A stretch of DNA of 55,867 nucleotides from an uncultured Actinomycetes bacterium. Its GTDB lineage: Bacteria > Actinomycetota > Actinomycetes > Nanopelagicales > Nanopelagicaceae. Under the pieces are notes generated by a model that was not told the origin of the DNA, ran no database searches, and saw only the letters and a list, made by a program, of their open reading frames with translations. Positions 8,772-19,044 of the stretch are shown one piece after another. The stretch's first letter is position 1. Every line of letters starts with the position of its first letter. The stretch lies in contig CAIYBL010000003.1 of assembly GCA_903924485.1 (NCBI GenBank), positions 1-55,867 of the forward strand, in the 5' to 3' direction. The position numbers were made by a program, and so were the translations under genes.

Positions 8772-9998
8772 TTATTGTGCGGGGTCTGCATTCTCTTTCA
8801 TTGCGTTGAGATCTTCTTCCGCAGTTGGTATGGCATTTGCCGCCGACAAACGCTTGCGACCAATCGTTAAAACTGCCAAGCCGCAACCAACACATATGGT
8901 GCATAGGGCCAAGCAGATTCGAGGCGAATATGCGTTGCTTACCCAACCGCCGACGGCCGCGCCTGCTGAGGCAAAGGTACCCTCGACAGTCCAGAGCCAA
9001 CCAAGCGAGGCGATGGCACTTCCTTTAGATCGCACTGCTTCCATAATTTCAAGATAGAAGACGGTAACAGCGCCGGTGCATAACCCTATGCATGCTCCGA
9101 CAATTGCCATGCTCCAACCTGGGTAAGTAAAGACAAGGGGAATAGTGAGAATAAACCAGGTGAGATAAGTTTTTTGAAAAGCACGAAGAGGAGAAGCTTT
9201 TCTGGAGACCATACCTCCGAGTAGTCCTCCGATGATGTTCGCAACCCCCATTGCTGCCAAAATCCATGCGGTGCGCTGGGGGACATGTTCAATAGTTGCA
9301 AAGGCAGGGACTCCAATATTAAAAGCGCCCATGCCAAATCCAATGAATGCACCTTCAAGCATCAACAGCAACATTGCAGGATTTTTGAAAGTTGCGATGC
9401 CCCCAATTACCTTTGCCTCTGGTTTCCACGTTGATGAAACTTTTGTGATCGCCAGTGACGCCCCACCGAGAAAGAGCAGCGCGGAACAAACACCCAGTGC
9501 GCTACCTGGGTGACGAGATAAAGCCAGGATTGTTGCAATCACCGGACCGATAACAGTGGCGGCGCTCATTACCGCGGTATCGATCGCATATGCCGTTCGC
9601 AAGAATTCTGCTGGAACGACAGTTTTCCATAACGGGCGAATGGAGAGATTAATAGGCGGAGCTGCAAATCCCAAGATAAATGAAATAATCAAAATGGAAA
9701 TTCGAGTGTGTGAGGAATTGAGCGCGAGAATCAATCCCGCGTACGAGGGAACGAATACTCGCAATGGCCACTTTTGGCCCCACTTATCCATGAGGGATCC
9801 TCGAAGCCCAGCGGTTGAGGCGGATGAGAGACTCTCAAGACCTATAGCCAATCCGGCAACAGCAATGGAACCTGTGGCTTGTTCAGCCTTAAAAAATGTA
9901 GCGAGAGCCAACATTCCGTAGGCGACTCTGGCCGGGAAAGAGCTGATGAGGAGCACTTTCACGTTAGGAATAGCCAGTAATTGGCGGTAGCGCTTCAT
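8772..9998 (-). CDS. MFS transporter, unknown substrate
   Basis: About 12 predicted hydrophobic segments, 408 aa, general MFS appearance. No specific family recognised. Confidence 0.6.
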   Translation of the reverse strand: MKRYRQLLAIPNVKVLLISSFPARVAYGMLALATFFKAEQATGSIAVAGLAIGLESLSSASTAGLRGSLMDKWGQKWPLRVFVPSYAGLILALNSSHTRISILIISFILGFAAPPINLSIRPLWKTVVPAEFLRTAYAIDTAVMSAATVIGPVIATILALSRHPGSALGVCSALLFLGGASLAITKVSSTWKPEAKVIGGIATFKNPAMLLLMLEGAFIGFGMGAFNIGVPAFATIEHVPQRTAWILAAMGVANIIGGLLGGMVSRKASPLRAFQKTYLTWFILTIPLVFTYPGWSMAIVGACIGLCTGAVTVFYLEIMEAVRSKGSAIASLGWLWTVEGTFASAGAAVGGWVSNAYSPRICLALCTICVGCGLAVLTIGRKRLSAANAIPTAEEDLNAMKENADPAQ

Positions 9999-10007
9999 GG
10001 TGAGCCC

Positions 10008-10013
10008 AGTCTA
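10008..10013 (-). promoter_or_regulatory. -10 hexamer TAGACT (minus strand), 9 nt upstream of the MFS ATG
   Basis: The reverse complement of agtcta (10008-10013) is TAGACT. The spacer is gggctcacc and there is no SD. Confidence 0.35.
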
Positions 10014-10095
10014 CTCGCGCAGTTTGACCCGAAGAGAGCGAAAACCGTACCCTTAGCCGCCCTATCCCTACTACTTTCTATCCCTACGGAGCAAC

Positions 10096-11469
10096 TTGAG
10101 CAACTCACCAGTAATCGCAATTAATGACGTTGGAACAGCCGAAGATTTCTTAGTCGCAATTGAAGGCACCATCAGAAACTTTAACGATGGAGACCTTGTT
10201 GAAGGCATAGTCGTACAAGTAGATCGTGACGAAGTACTTCTTGATATCGGATATAAGACCGAGGGAGTCATTCCTTCCCGTGAGCTTTCTATCCGTCACG
10301 ATGTAGACCCAAATGAAATCGTCAAGGTTGGCGAAAAAATTGAGGCGCTCGTTCTTCAGAAGGAAGACAAAGAAGGTCGCTTAATTCTCTCCAAGAAGCG
10401 CGCTCAGTACGAACGCGCTTGGGGCGAAATCGAAGGCAAGAAAGAACGTGACGAAGTTGTCGTTGGTACAGTCATCGAAGTTGTTAAGGGTGGCTTGATC
10501 GTTGACATCGGACTTCGCGGCTTCTTGCCAGCATCTCTTGTCGAAATGCGTCGCGTGCGCGACTTGACCCCATACATTGGCAAGCAGGTTGAAGCCCGCA
10601 TTATCGAACTTGATAAGAACCGTAACAACGTTGTTCTTTCACGCCGTGCATATCTCGAGCAGACGCAATCTGAATCTCGTACAACTTTCCTCAACCAGTT
10701 ACAAAAGGGTCAAGTACGAACCGGTGTTGTTTCATCGATCGTTAACTTTGGTGCCTTCGTAGATCTCGGTGGGGTCGATGGATTGGTACACGTTTCCGAA
10801 CTTTCATGGAAGCATATTGATCATCCAGGTGAAGTTGTTGAAGTTGGAGATGAAGTAACCGTTGAAGTTCTCGAAGTTGATTTCGAGCGCGAGCGTGTCT
10901 CCCTATCTCTTAAGGCAACTCAAGAGGATCCATGGCAGGCATTTGCTCGTACTCACACCATTAACCAAGTTGTTCCTGGTCAAGTTACCAAGTTGGTTCC
11001 GTTCGGTGCATTCATTCGAGTGCATGAAGGAATTGAAGGACTTGTTCATATTTCCGAGTTGGCTGAACGCCACGTTGAAATTCCAGAGCAGGTTGTTCAA
11101 GTTGATGACGAACTCTTTGTAAAGATAATCGATATCGACCTAGAGCGCCGTCGTATTTCATTATCTCTCAAGCAAGCCAATGAAGGACATGAAGTTGAGA
11201 TTGAAGCATTTGATCCAACTCAATACGGAATGGCTGCTCGTTATGATGCAGAAGGAAACTTCATTTATCCAGAAGGTTTTGATGCCGATTCCCAGGAATG
11301 GAAACCAGGCTTTGAGACACAACGCGAGGAGTGGGAGCGTCAGTACGCTGAAGCTCAAACTCGCTTCATGGCACACAAAAAGCAGAAGGACGAAGCTCGC
11401 GCTGCAGATGCAGCCGCTGCCACTGATCCTGAGAACGCTGTTGTAGCCACGTCGGAGAGTGCTGAATAA
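10096..11469 (+). CDS. rpsA: 30S ribosomal protein S1
   Basis: Four S1 repeats; FNDGDLVEGIVVQVDRDEVLLDIGYKTEGVIP is the typical actinobacterial RpsA N-terminus. TTG start with GGAG 4 nt upstream. Confidence 0.95.
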   Translation: MSNSPVIAINDVGTAEDFLVAIEGTIRNFNDGDLVEGIVVQVDRDEVLLDIGYKTEGVIPSRELSIRHDVDPNEIVKVGEKIEALVLQKEDKEGRLILSKKRAQYERAWGEIEGKKERDEVVVGTVIEVVKGGLIVDIGLRGFLPASLVEMRRVRDLTPYIGKQVEARIIELDKNRNNVVLSRRAYLEQTQSESRTTFLNQLQKGQVRTGVVSSIVNFGAFVDLGGVDGLVHVSELSWKHIDHPGEVVEVGDEVTVEVLEVDFERERVSLSLKATQEDPWQAFARTHTINQVVPGQVTKLVPFGAFIRVHEGIEGLVHISELAERHVEIPEQVVQVDDELFVKIIDIDLERRRISLSLKQANEGHEVEIEAFDPTQYGMAARYDAEGNFIYPEGFDADSQEWKPGFETQREEWERQYAEAQTRFMAHKKQKDEARAADAAAATDPENAVVATSESAE

Positions 11470-11491
11470 CCTAGTACTTCGTTAAAACTTT

Positions 11492-11531
11492 AACCGGCCC
11501 TTAAGAGAAATCTTGGGGCCGGTTTCTTTTT
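11492..11531 (+). terminator. Rho-independent terminator after rpsA
   Basis: AACCGGCCC (11492-11500) pairs with GGGCCGGTT (11516-11524). The inner stem is capped by GAAA and is followed by TCTTTTT. Confidence 0.8.
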
Positions 11532-11538
11532 GGTGCAG

Positions 11539-11544
11539 TAAAGT
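11539..11544 (+). promoter_or_regulatory. -10 hexamer TAAAGT, 6 nt upstream of the coaE ATG (leaderless candidate)
   Basis: TAAAGT-cctcat-ATG(11551). It lies immediately after the rpsA terminator and there is no SD. Confidence 0.4.
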
Positions 11545-11550
11545 CCTCAT

Positions 11551-12153
11551 ATGTTGGTCGTAGCGCTCACTGGGGGAATTGGATCAGGCAAGTCACTTGC
11601 TGCTCAATATTTTTCAGATTTGGGTGCCAGAGTAATTGATGCTGATCAATTGGCACGATCTGCAATTGAGCGCGGAACATCAGGTTTCGACGAAGTTGTA
11701 GCCGCATTCGGTGATGAAATTCTCAAAGATGGAGATATTGATCGCCGAGCTTTGGCGCAGATTATCTTCGAGAATAAAGAGGCGCGAGTGCGACTCGAGA
11801 TGATTATTCACCCGAAGGTCCGCGATCAATTTGAAGAAGCGATTTCACTTCTACACGGAGACGATGTGTTGATTTACGAGATCCCACTTCTTTTTGAGAC
11901 GGGGGCTTCTCCTCGATTTGACTATGTCATCACCGTTGAGTCATCCAACGAAAATCGAACGAGTAGGCTGATGGATCGAGGCCTTCGTGCATTGGAGATT
12001 GAGTCGCGCATTGCCGCACAAGCCAGTCCTGAAGATCGAGCCAGCATTGCCGATTATGTGTTGACCAATGACGGGTCGCGGGATAATTTGCTGCGGGAAG
12101 TTGAATATATATGGGAAGAGGTGCTTCCTCCTCTGCACCGCCCCAGCGCCTGA
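11551..12153 (+). CDS. coaE: Dephospho-CoA kinase (short form, no C-terminal extension domain)
   Basis: P-loop GGIGSGKS at the N-terminus, 200 aa. Position between rpsA and uvrB matches other Actinobacteria. Confidence 0.9.
   Translation: MLVVALTGGIGSGKSLAAQYFSDLGARVIDADQLARSAIERGTSGFDEVVAAFGDEILKDGDIDRRALAQIIFENKEARVRLEMIIHPKVRDQFEEAISLLHGDDVLIYEIPLLFETGASPRFDYVITVESSNENRTSRLMDRGLRALEIESRIAAQASPEDRASIADYVLTNDGSRDNLLREVEYIWEEVLPPLHRPSA
12061..12089 (+). promoter_or_regulatory. Near-consensus promoter-like element inside the coaE 3' end: TTGACC, 17 nt, TAATTT
   Basis: Read directly. It would give an ~80-nt uvrB leader. Function is not established. Confidence 0.3.
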
Positions 12154-12160
12154 GCCCCAG

Positions 12161-12166
12161 TACAGT
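12161..12166 (+). promoter_or_regulatory. -10 hexamer TACAGT, 6 nt upstream of the uvrB GTG (leaderless candidate)
   Basis: TACAGT-tgcacc-GTG(12173). No SD is present. Confidence 0.35.
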
Positions 12167-12172
12167 TGCACC

Positions 12173-14257
12173 GTGCGTCCCATCAGCGATCTTCAACGAC
12201 GAGTTGAACCTTTTCAGGTCATCAGCGACTACATCCCTGCGGGTGATCAACCGCAAGCTATTGAAGAGATTGTTCGCCGGATCGAAAGAGGCGATCAGGA
12301 CATAGTTTTGCTCGGAGCCACAGGTACTGGTAAATCTGCGACAACGGCGTGGCTCATCGAGCGCCTGCAACGACCGACTCTTGTGATCGCACCAAATAAG
12401 ACTCTGGCCGCTCAATTGGTCAATGAGTTTCGGGAGTTAATGCCGAATAATGCTGTTGAATATTTCGTTTCATATTACGACTACTACCAACCTGAAGCTT
12501 ATGTCCCACAAACCGATACATTTATCGAGAAGGACTCCAGCGTTAACGATGAAGTTGAAAGATTGCGCCACTCTGCAACAAATTCCTTGCTTACCCGGCG
12601 CGATGTAATCGTCGTAGCAACTGTTTCATGTATTTATGGCCTCGGAACACCGCAAGAGTACGTGGACAGAATGGTGCGCCTCAAAGTGGGTGATGAGATT
12701 GATCGCCAACAGTTACTGCGGAAATTTGTTGATATTCAATATAAGCGTAACGACATCGCCTTTGAGCGTGGGACTTTCCGGGTGCGCGGAGATACTGTTG
12801 AAATAATTCCCATGTATGAAGAGTTAGCGCTGCGCATCGAAATGTTCGGCGATGAGATCGAACGTATTACTACTTTAAATCCACTCACGGGCGAGATCGT
12901 CCGTGATGAACAAGAGATGTATGTTTTTCCCGCAACTCATTATGCCGCGGGGCCAGAGACGATGAAACGGGCGATAGGGGAGATCGAAACCGAGCTTGCC
13001 ACCCAACTTGAGGTCTTTGAACGACAAGGCAAGCTACTAGAAGCCCAACGTCTTGGAATGAGAACCACCTTCGATATTGAGATGATGCAGCAACTTGGTT
13101 TTTGTTCGGGAATTGAGAATTACTCACGCCATATTGATGGCCGGGCGGCTGGATCTGGACCTAACTGTTTGCTGGACTATTTTCCTGAGGATTTTCTTCT
13201 TGTGATTGATGAATCCCACGTTACGGTGCCGCAAATTGGCGCGATGTTTGAAGGGGATGCCTCCCGCAAGCGCACCTTGGTAGAGCATGGCTTTCGACTG
13301 CCGAGCGCAATGGATAACAGACCCCTTCGTTGGGATGAGTTTCTTCAGCGGGTAGGACAGAAGGTTTATCTCTCAGCAACTCCAGGCAAATATGAAATGG
13401 AGAAGGTCGCTGGCGATGTCGTTGAACAGGTGATTCGTCCAACAGGGCTTGTTGATCCAAAGATTGTTCTCAAACCCATTAAGGGGCAGATCGATGATTT
13501 ACTTCATGAGATTAATATCCGCGCCGAGCGCAATGAGCGAGTTCTTGTAACAACGTTGACAAAGAAGATGTCTGAGGATCTTACTGATTATCTGCAAGAG
13601 CGTGGAGTGAGAGTGCGCTACTTGCACTCGGAAGTGGATACCCTTCGGCGCGTGGAATTGTTGCGCGAATTACGATCGGGGGAGTACGACGTCTTAATCG
13701 GCATTAACTTGCTTCGAGAAGGCCTGGATCTGCCTGAGGTTTCACTGGTATCAATTTTGGACGCGGATAAGGAAGGCTTCTTGCGATCAAGTACGGCATT
13801 GATTCAAACAATCGGCCGAGCCGCGCGAAATGTTTCTGGTGAAGTTCATATGTATGCAGACAATCTCACCAAATCAATGGAGAAAGCCATTGACGAGACG
13901 AATCGTCGTCGCGCTAAACAGGTTGCCTACAATCTAGAAAGAGGCGTAGATCCACAACCTCTGCGCAAGAAGATCGCTGATATTACAGATCTCATCAATC
14001 GGGAGAGTGAAGATACCGAAGAACTTCTCGCTTCCTCTGGTCGCAAAGGGCAACGCTCCAAAACTCCAGCTATTGGCCTGCACACAAAGGCGCTGGCTTC
14101 TTTGCCAAGACAAGAACTACTTGCGTTGATAGAGTCGCTCACTGATCAGATGCGAAGCGCTGCTGGGGACCTGCAATTTGAACTTGCAGCACGGCTGCGC
14201 GATGAAATCAAAGACTTAAAGCGCGAACTTCGAGGCATGGAAACGGCGGGGGTTTAA
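12173..14257 (+). CDS. uvrB: Excinuclease ABC subunit B
   Basis: (M)[29 protein letters not shown] resembles actinobacterial UvrB N-termini. [17 protein letters not shown] and a C-terminal UVR motif are present. GTG 12173 is in frame just after the coaE stop. The ORF-track start 12068 would overlap coaE by 86 nt. Confidence 0.93.
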   Translation: MRPISDLQRRVEPFQVISDYIPAGDQPQAIEEIVRRIERGDQDIVLLGATGTGKSATTAWLIERLQRPTLVIAPNKTLAAQLVNEFRELMPNNAVEYFVSYYDYYQPEAYVPQTDTFIEKDSSVNDEVERLRHSATNSLLTRRDVIVVATVSCIYGLGTPQEYVDRMVRLKVGDEIDRQQLLRKFVDIQYKRNDIAFERGTFRVRGDTVEIIPMYEELALRIEMFGDEIERITTLNPLTGEIVRDEQEMYVFPATHYAAGPETMKRAIGEIETELATQLEVFERQGKLLEAQRLGMRTTFDIEMMQQLGFCSGIENYSRHIDGRAAGSGPNCLLDYFPEDFLLVIDESHVTVPQIGAMFEGDASRKRTLVEHGFRLPSAMDNRPLRWDEFLQRVGQKVYLSATPGKYEMEKVAGDVVEQVIRPTGLVDPKIVLKPIKGQIDDLLHEINIRAERNERVLVTTLTKKMSEDLTDYLQERGVRVRYLHSEVDTLRRVELLRELRSGEYDVLIGINLLREGLDLPEVSLVSILDADKEGFLRSSTALIQTIGRAARNVSGEVHMYADNLTKSMEKAIDETNRRRAKQVAYNLERGVDPQPLRKKIADITDLINRESEDTEELLASSGRKGQRSKTPAIGLHTKALASLPRQELLALIESLTDQMRSAAGDLQFELAARLRDEIKDLKRELRGMETAGV

Positions 14258-17119
14258 TTGATCGACAAACTCATCGTTCGGGGTGCGCGTGAGCATAATC
14301 TCAAAGATGTATCTATTGAACTTCCGCGTGATGCTCTCATCGTCTTTACTGGACTTTCTGGATCGGGAAAATCGAGTCTCGCTTTCGACACCATCTTCGC
14401 CGAAGGACAGCGCAGATATGTTGAGTCACTTTCGGCTTATGCCCGTCAATTCTTGGGTCAAATGGATAAACCCGATGTTGACTTTATTGAAGGCTTGTCG
14501 CCTGCGGTCTCCATCGACCAAAAATCAACGAATAGGAATCCGCGCTCAACTGTAGGAACAATTACAGAGGTTTACGATTACCTGCGATTGCTCTTTGCTC
14601 GTGCTGGAAGGCCGCACTGCCCAAAATGCAGTAGCCCAGTATCTCGCCAATCACCACAGCAAATTGTTGACCAGATTCTGACGATGCCAGCGACAACGAA
14701 GTTTCAAATCTTGGCTCCTGTTATTCGTGCTCGAAAGGGCGAGTTCGTTGATCTATTTCAAGAATTGATTAGTCAAGGGTATTCGCGAGCGCGCATAGAT
14801 GGCACGGTCGTCGCGTTGGCAGAGGCGCCAAAGTTAAAGAAGCAAGAGAAACACACTATTGAAGTTGTTATTGATCGCCTTACAGCTAAGGCCGAATCCA
14901 AGGGGCGATTAACGGACTCCATTGAAACTGCTCTGCGTTTGGCACAAGGGATCGTGCTCTTGGATTTTGTTGATTCAAAAGGTAAGGATAAGGAGCGAAC
15001 CTACAGTGAGCATCTTGCTTGCCATGAGTGCGAGTTATCTTTTGAGGAATTAGAACCACGTTCCTTTTCTTTCAACTCTCCCTTTGGCGCATGCGTTGAA
15101 TGTTCGGGTATCGGCACAAAACTGGAAGTTGATGAAGAGTTAATCATTCCGGATGATTCAATTTCTATCAACGAAGGCGCCATTGCTCCCTGGTCGGGAG
15201 GGCAAACAAGCGAATATTTCTTGCGCTTGCTGGAAGCGCTATCGGGAGAAGTAAAGTTCTCAATGGATACCGCCTGGAAGAAATTGTCCGTTAAGGCCAA
15301 AGAGGCAATCCTGCAGGGATATCAATATGAAGTTCATGTCAAATACAAGAACAGATATGGTCGCACTCGTAACTATTCAACGGGTTTCGAGGGAGTAGTT
15401 CCTTTTATCCATCGGCGCCACGGTGAGACTGACAGCGAATATAGCCGCGACAAATATGAAGGCTATATGCGCCAGATTCCTTGTCCTGCATGTAAAGGTG
15501 CCAGACTTAAGCCTGAAGTATTAGCAGTGACTGTCGGTGGCAAGAACATTGCAGAAATTTGTGCGCTTTCTATCTCTGAGACTGCGGGATTCTTGCAAAT
15601 GATCGAACTCAATGCGAGAGAGAGTCAGATCGCAGAGCGGGTCATGAAAGAGGTCCATGCCAGGCTTGGCTTCCTTCTCGATGTAGGTCTGGATTATCTT
15701 TCGCTTGAACGTCCAGCAGCAACGCTCTCTGGTGGAGAGGCGCAACGCATCCGCCTGGCAACTCAAATTGGTTCAGGTTTGGTTGGGGTTCTTTATGTAC
15801 TCGATGAGCCGAGTATCGGACTCCATCAGCGCGATAACCGGCGCCTCATCGAGACTCTTACGCGCCTTAGGGACTTAGGCAATACCCTCATTGTCGTTGA
15901 GCACGATGAAGAGACGATCCGCGCAGCAGACTGGATCGTAGACATTGGACCTGGTGCCGGAGAACACGGTGGCAAGGTAGTTGTCTCGGGGGATTATCAA
16001 TCACTCTTAGATTCAAAAGAATCGATCACTGGCGCCTATCTCTCGGGACGAAAGTCAATCGAGATTCCTGCGGTTCGGCGACCCGTTGACTCGAAGCGTC
16101 AGTTGCTTGTTAAGGGCGCCAAAGAGAACAACTTAAGAGATATTGATGTTGCTATTCCTCTAAGCGCTTTCGTGGCAGTGACAGGTGTCAGCGGTTCGGG
16201 TAAATCCACGCTGATTAATGACATTGTGTACGTTGTTCTTGCAAACAAACTCAATGGTGCTCGAATGGTTCCTGGACGACATCGCTCCATTTCCGGAGTC
16301 GATCTTCTGGACAAAGTCGTCCATGTTGATCAATCACCTATTGGTAGGACGCCCCGTTCTAATCCAGCAACATACACCGGAGTCTTTGACAAGATTCGTG
16401 CACTTTTTGCCGAAACCTCTGAAGCTAAGGTCCGAGGCTATCTTCAAGGTCGTTTCTCGTTCAACGTAAAAGGCGGACGTTGCGAGAACTGCGCGGGCGA
16501 AGGCACAATCACGATTGAAATGAACTTCCTACCCGATGTTTACGTTCCTTGCGAGGTTTGCCATGGAGCGCGTTACAACAGAGAAACACTTGAAGTGCAT
16601 TTTAAGGGCAAGACCATTGCTGAAGTTCTTGATATGCCTATCGAACAAGCCAGAGACTTTTTTGAGGCGGTGCCCACCATTGCGCGTTTCCTAAAAACTC
16701 TGTGCGATGTTGGATTAGGTTATGTCCGCTTGGGCCAGTCTGCTCCGACCCTTTCTGGTGGAGAGGCTCAGCGCGTGAAACTTGCCACAGAGTTACAACG
16801 CAGATCTACGGGGCGAACGATCTATGTCCTCGATGAACCAACAACAGGATTGCACTTTGAAGATGTGAGCAAACTCTTGGGAGTTCTTAATCGACTCGTA
16901 GACACCGGCAATACGGTGGTTGTTATTGAACATAATCTCGATGTCATCAAGTCGGCGGATTGGGTGATCGACATGGGTCCAGAAGGTGGCTTCCGTGGAG
17001 GCACGGTTGTGGCAGAGGGAACTCCGGAAGACGTCGCAAAGAATTCGGCCAGTTACACTGGCCATTTTCTAGCTGAGATTCTGGGAAGCAACCGAAAGAG
17101 TCTTTCAGGGAAAAAGTAA
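14258..17119 (+). CDS. uvrA: Excinuclease ABC subunit A
   Basis: [14 protein letters not shown], two ABC modules ([12 protein letters not shown] / [12 protein letters not shown]) and zinc-finger cysteines. The TTG start directly abuts the uvrB TAA. Confidence 0.95.
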   Translation: MIDKLIVRGAREHNLKDVSIELPRDALIVFTGLSGSGKSSLAFDTIFAEGQRRYVESLSAYARQFLGQMDKPDVDFIEGLSPAVSIDQKSTNRNPRSTVGTITEVYDYLRLLFARAGRPHCPKCSSPVSRQSPQQIVDQILTMPATTKFQILAPVIRARKGEFVDLFQELISQGYSRARIDGTVVALAEAPKLKKQEKHTIEVVIDRLTAKAESKGRLTDSIETALRLAQGIVLLDFVDSKGKDKERTYSEHLACHECELSFEELEPRSFSFNSPFGACVECSGIGTKLEVDEELIIPDDSISINEGAIAPWSGGQTSEYFLRLLEALSGEVKFSMDTAWKKLSVKAKEAILQGYQYEVHVKYKNRYGRTRNYSTGFEGVVPFIHRRHGETDSEYSRDKYEGYMRQIPCPACKGARLKPEVLAVTVGGKNIAEICALSISETAGFLQMIELNARESQIAERVMKEVHARLGFLLDVGLDYLSLERPAATLSGGEAQRIRLATQIGSGLVGVLYVLDEPSIGLHQRDNRRLIETLTRLRDLGNTLIVVEHDEETIRAADWIVDIGPGAGEHGGKVVVSGDYQSLLDSKESITGAYLSGRKSIEIPAVRRPVDSKRQLLVKGAKENNLRDIDVAIPLSAFVAVTGVSGSGKSTLINDIVYVVLANKLNGARMVPGRHRSISGVDLLDKVVHVDQSPIGRTPRSNPATYTGVFDKIRALFAETSEAKVRGYLQGRFSFNVKGGRCENCAGEGTITIEMNFLPDVYVPCEVCHGARYNRETLEVHFKGKTIAEVLDMPIEQARDFFEAVPTIARFLKTLCDVGLGYVRLGQSAPTLSGGEAQRVKLATELQRRSTGRTIYVLDEPTTGLHFEDVSKLLGVLNRLVDTGNTVVVIEHNLDVIKSADWVIDMGPEGGFRGGTVVAEGTPEDVAKNSASYTGHFLAEILGSNRKSLSGKK

Positions 17120-19041
17120 TGGCCGAACCCAGCAGCTATCGCCCAAAGGACATACCTGCGCTGCCTGGCGTCTACCGCTTCTTCAATGGCGATGGAAAAG
17201 TAATCTATGTAGGTAAAGCCCTAAGTTTGAAGTCTCGTTTAAGCAGTTATTTTCAAAGCAACCTCCCAGAGAAAACCAATCGCATGGTTCATGAGGCTGT
17301 TCGCGTTGATTGGACAATCGTTGATAGTGAAGTGGAAGCGTTGCAGCTTGAGTTTTCTTGGATCAAACAATTTGCTCCGACATTCAATGTTCAGTTTCGA
17401 GATGACAAGTCCTACCCATACCTAGCAATCTCACTCGAAGACGAGTTTCCTCGGGTTTTCATCACGCGAAAGCAGAAACGTCCTGGCCTAAAGTATTTTG
17501 GCCCCTTCACGCATACCTGGGCGCTGCGCAATACATTCGATGTAGTTCTTAAAGTTTTTCCTGTGAGATCGTGTTCAGCAGCAAATTTCGAGAAAGCTCG
17601 ACGAACTAACCGACAATGTCTCCTGGGCGATATTGGCAAATGCGCCGCACCCTGTGTTGGTTGGGTTTCACAAGAGGAGCACAAGGAATTAGCCAAACGC
17701 ATGGCGGCTTTTATGGAGGCAGGAACTGGCGACCTGCTAACAACTCTTCAGAAGGAAATGGAGATGGCGGCCACCAACGAGGAGTTTGAAAGAGCCGCCA
17801 AAATTCGCGATCAAATTTCCTCTATGGAACGTGCTCGTGAGTCAAGCGAGGCGAGTTTGTCAGAGAATTTCTCCGCCGATGTGATCGCAGTCCATAGAGA
17901 AGGAATGCATGTTGCAGGTTCGATATTCATGGTGCGCGGAGGTGCGATTAAAGGGTCGAGATCTTGGCTAGTAGATCAAAAACTCTCGCTCGAGGGTGAG
18001 GATGAATTAACAGCACTTTTCTCCTCTATTTATGGTTCGAGTGATGTTGATGAGATTCCTTCCGAAATCTTGGTCAACGAAATGCCCAATGAGCAAGGCT
18101 CTTTAGAGGAGTGGTTAACCACGCGAAGAGGGGGCAAAGTCGAAATCAAGGTGCCTCAGCGCGGTGAGAAGTTTGATCTCCTCAAGACGGTCGAAAGAAA
18201 TGCACACTATGCGCTGATCCAATATGTGAATAAGCGATCAGCCGACAGTGCGGTAAGCGGAAGAGCCTTAGTCGAAATTCAAGAGGCGCTTGATCTGTCG
18301 ATCCCACCGCTGCGCATTGAGTGCTTCGATATCTCTAACATTTCGGGTACCTCAGTTGTTGCTTCCATGGTTGTCTTTGAAGATGGAATGCCGAAGAAGA
18401 GTGAGTACCGAAGATTTATTATCGACACAGATACAGCATGGGATGATACGCGAGCCATTCATCAGGTAGTGAGCCGCAGAATTAAACGACTCATCGCTGA
18501 GAAGGAGATTGATGTTTCAGAGGTTCAGGAATTGGGCGGCAAGAATTCACGGTTTGCCTATCGTCCTCAACTGATCATCGTTGACGGAGGAGCGCCACAA
18601 GTATCTGCAGCAGCCAGAGCTCTCAAAGAGTTAGGAATGAGTGATATCGCACTGTGCGGTTTAGCCAAGAGGCTCGAAGAAGTGTGGATGCCCGGTACAA
18701 ATGATCCACTTATTTTGCCAAGATCGAGTGAGGGACTTTATCTTTTACAACGTGTTCGAGATGAAGCTCATAGGTTTGCCATAACCTTCCACCGTTCACG
18801 TAGATCCAAAGTCATGCTTGAATCTCTCCTTGATGAAATCCCACAGTTGGGGGAGTCTCGTCGAACGGCTTTGCTGAAGGCTTTTGGCTCCGTATCTGCA
18901 ATACGTAAAGCAACGTCCGAGGAGATTGGTTCAGTTCCAGGTGTCGGAGCAAAAACTGCAGCACTTATTCTTGCAAGTCTTTCACGAGAGACAACGACCT
19001 CCATTGATGCCCAAACCGGGGAGATTCTTGAAGGTTCTTGA
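17119..19041 (+). CDS. uvrC: Excinuclease ABC subunit C
   Basis: GIY-YIG N-terminus (GVYRFFNGDGKVIYVGKA), a UVR domain and a C-terminal HhH. TAATG overlap with uvrA. Confidence 0.95.
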   Translation: MAEPSSYRPKDIPALPGVYRFFNGDGKVIYVGKALSLKSRLSSYFQSNLPEKTNRMVHEAVRVDWTIVDSEVEALQLEFSWIKQFAPTFNVQFRDDKSYPYLAISLEDEFPRVFITRKQKRPGLKYFGPFTHTWALRNTFDVVLKVFPVRSCSAANFEKARRTNRQCLLGDIGKCAAPCVGWVSQEEHKELAKRMAAFMEAGTGDLLTTLQKEMEMAATNEEFERAAKIRDQISSMERARESSEASLSENFSADVIAVHREGMHVAGSIFMVRGGAIKGSRSWLVDQKLSLEGEDELTALFSSIYGSSDVDEIPSEILVNEMPNEQGSLEEWLTTRRGGKVEIKVPQRGEKFDLLKTVERNAHYALIQYVNKRSADSAVSGRALVEIQEALDLSIPPLRIECFDISNISGTSVVASMVVFEDGMPKKSEYRRFIIDTDTAWDDTRAIHQVVSRRIKRLIAEKEIDVSEVQELGGKNSRFAYRPQLIIVDGGAPQVSAAARALKELGMSDIALCGLAKRLEEVWMPGTNDPLILPRSSEGLYLLQRVRDEAHRFAITFHRSRRSKVMLESLLDEIPQLGESRRTALLKAFGSVSAIRKATSEEIGSVPGVGAKTAALILASLSRETTTSIDAQTGEILEGS

Positions 19042-19044
19042 CAG

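Noticed and set aside
11955-11970. LexA SOS-box half-site TCGAAC upstream of uvrB
   Set aside because: The second half (AGGCTG) does not match GTTCGA. No full TCGAAC-N4-GTTCGA is seen before uvrB, uvrA or uvrC.
12068-12172. ORF-track N-terminal extensions: uvrB from 12068, sufB from 32028, tyrS from 53895, sufS from 35638, tkt from TTG 30475, ctaA from 31335, whiA from 20890
   Set aside because: Each extension overlaps the upstream gene or adds non-conserved residues. A downstream start gives the family-typical N-terminus and a compact stop/start junction.
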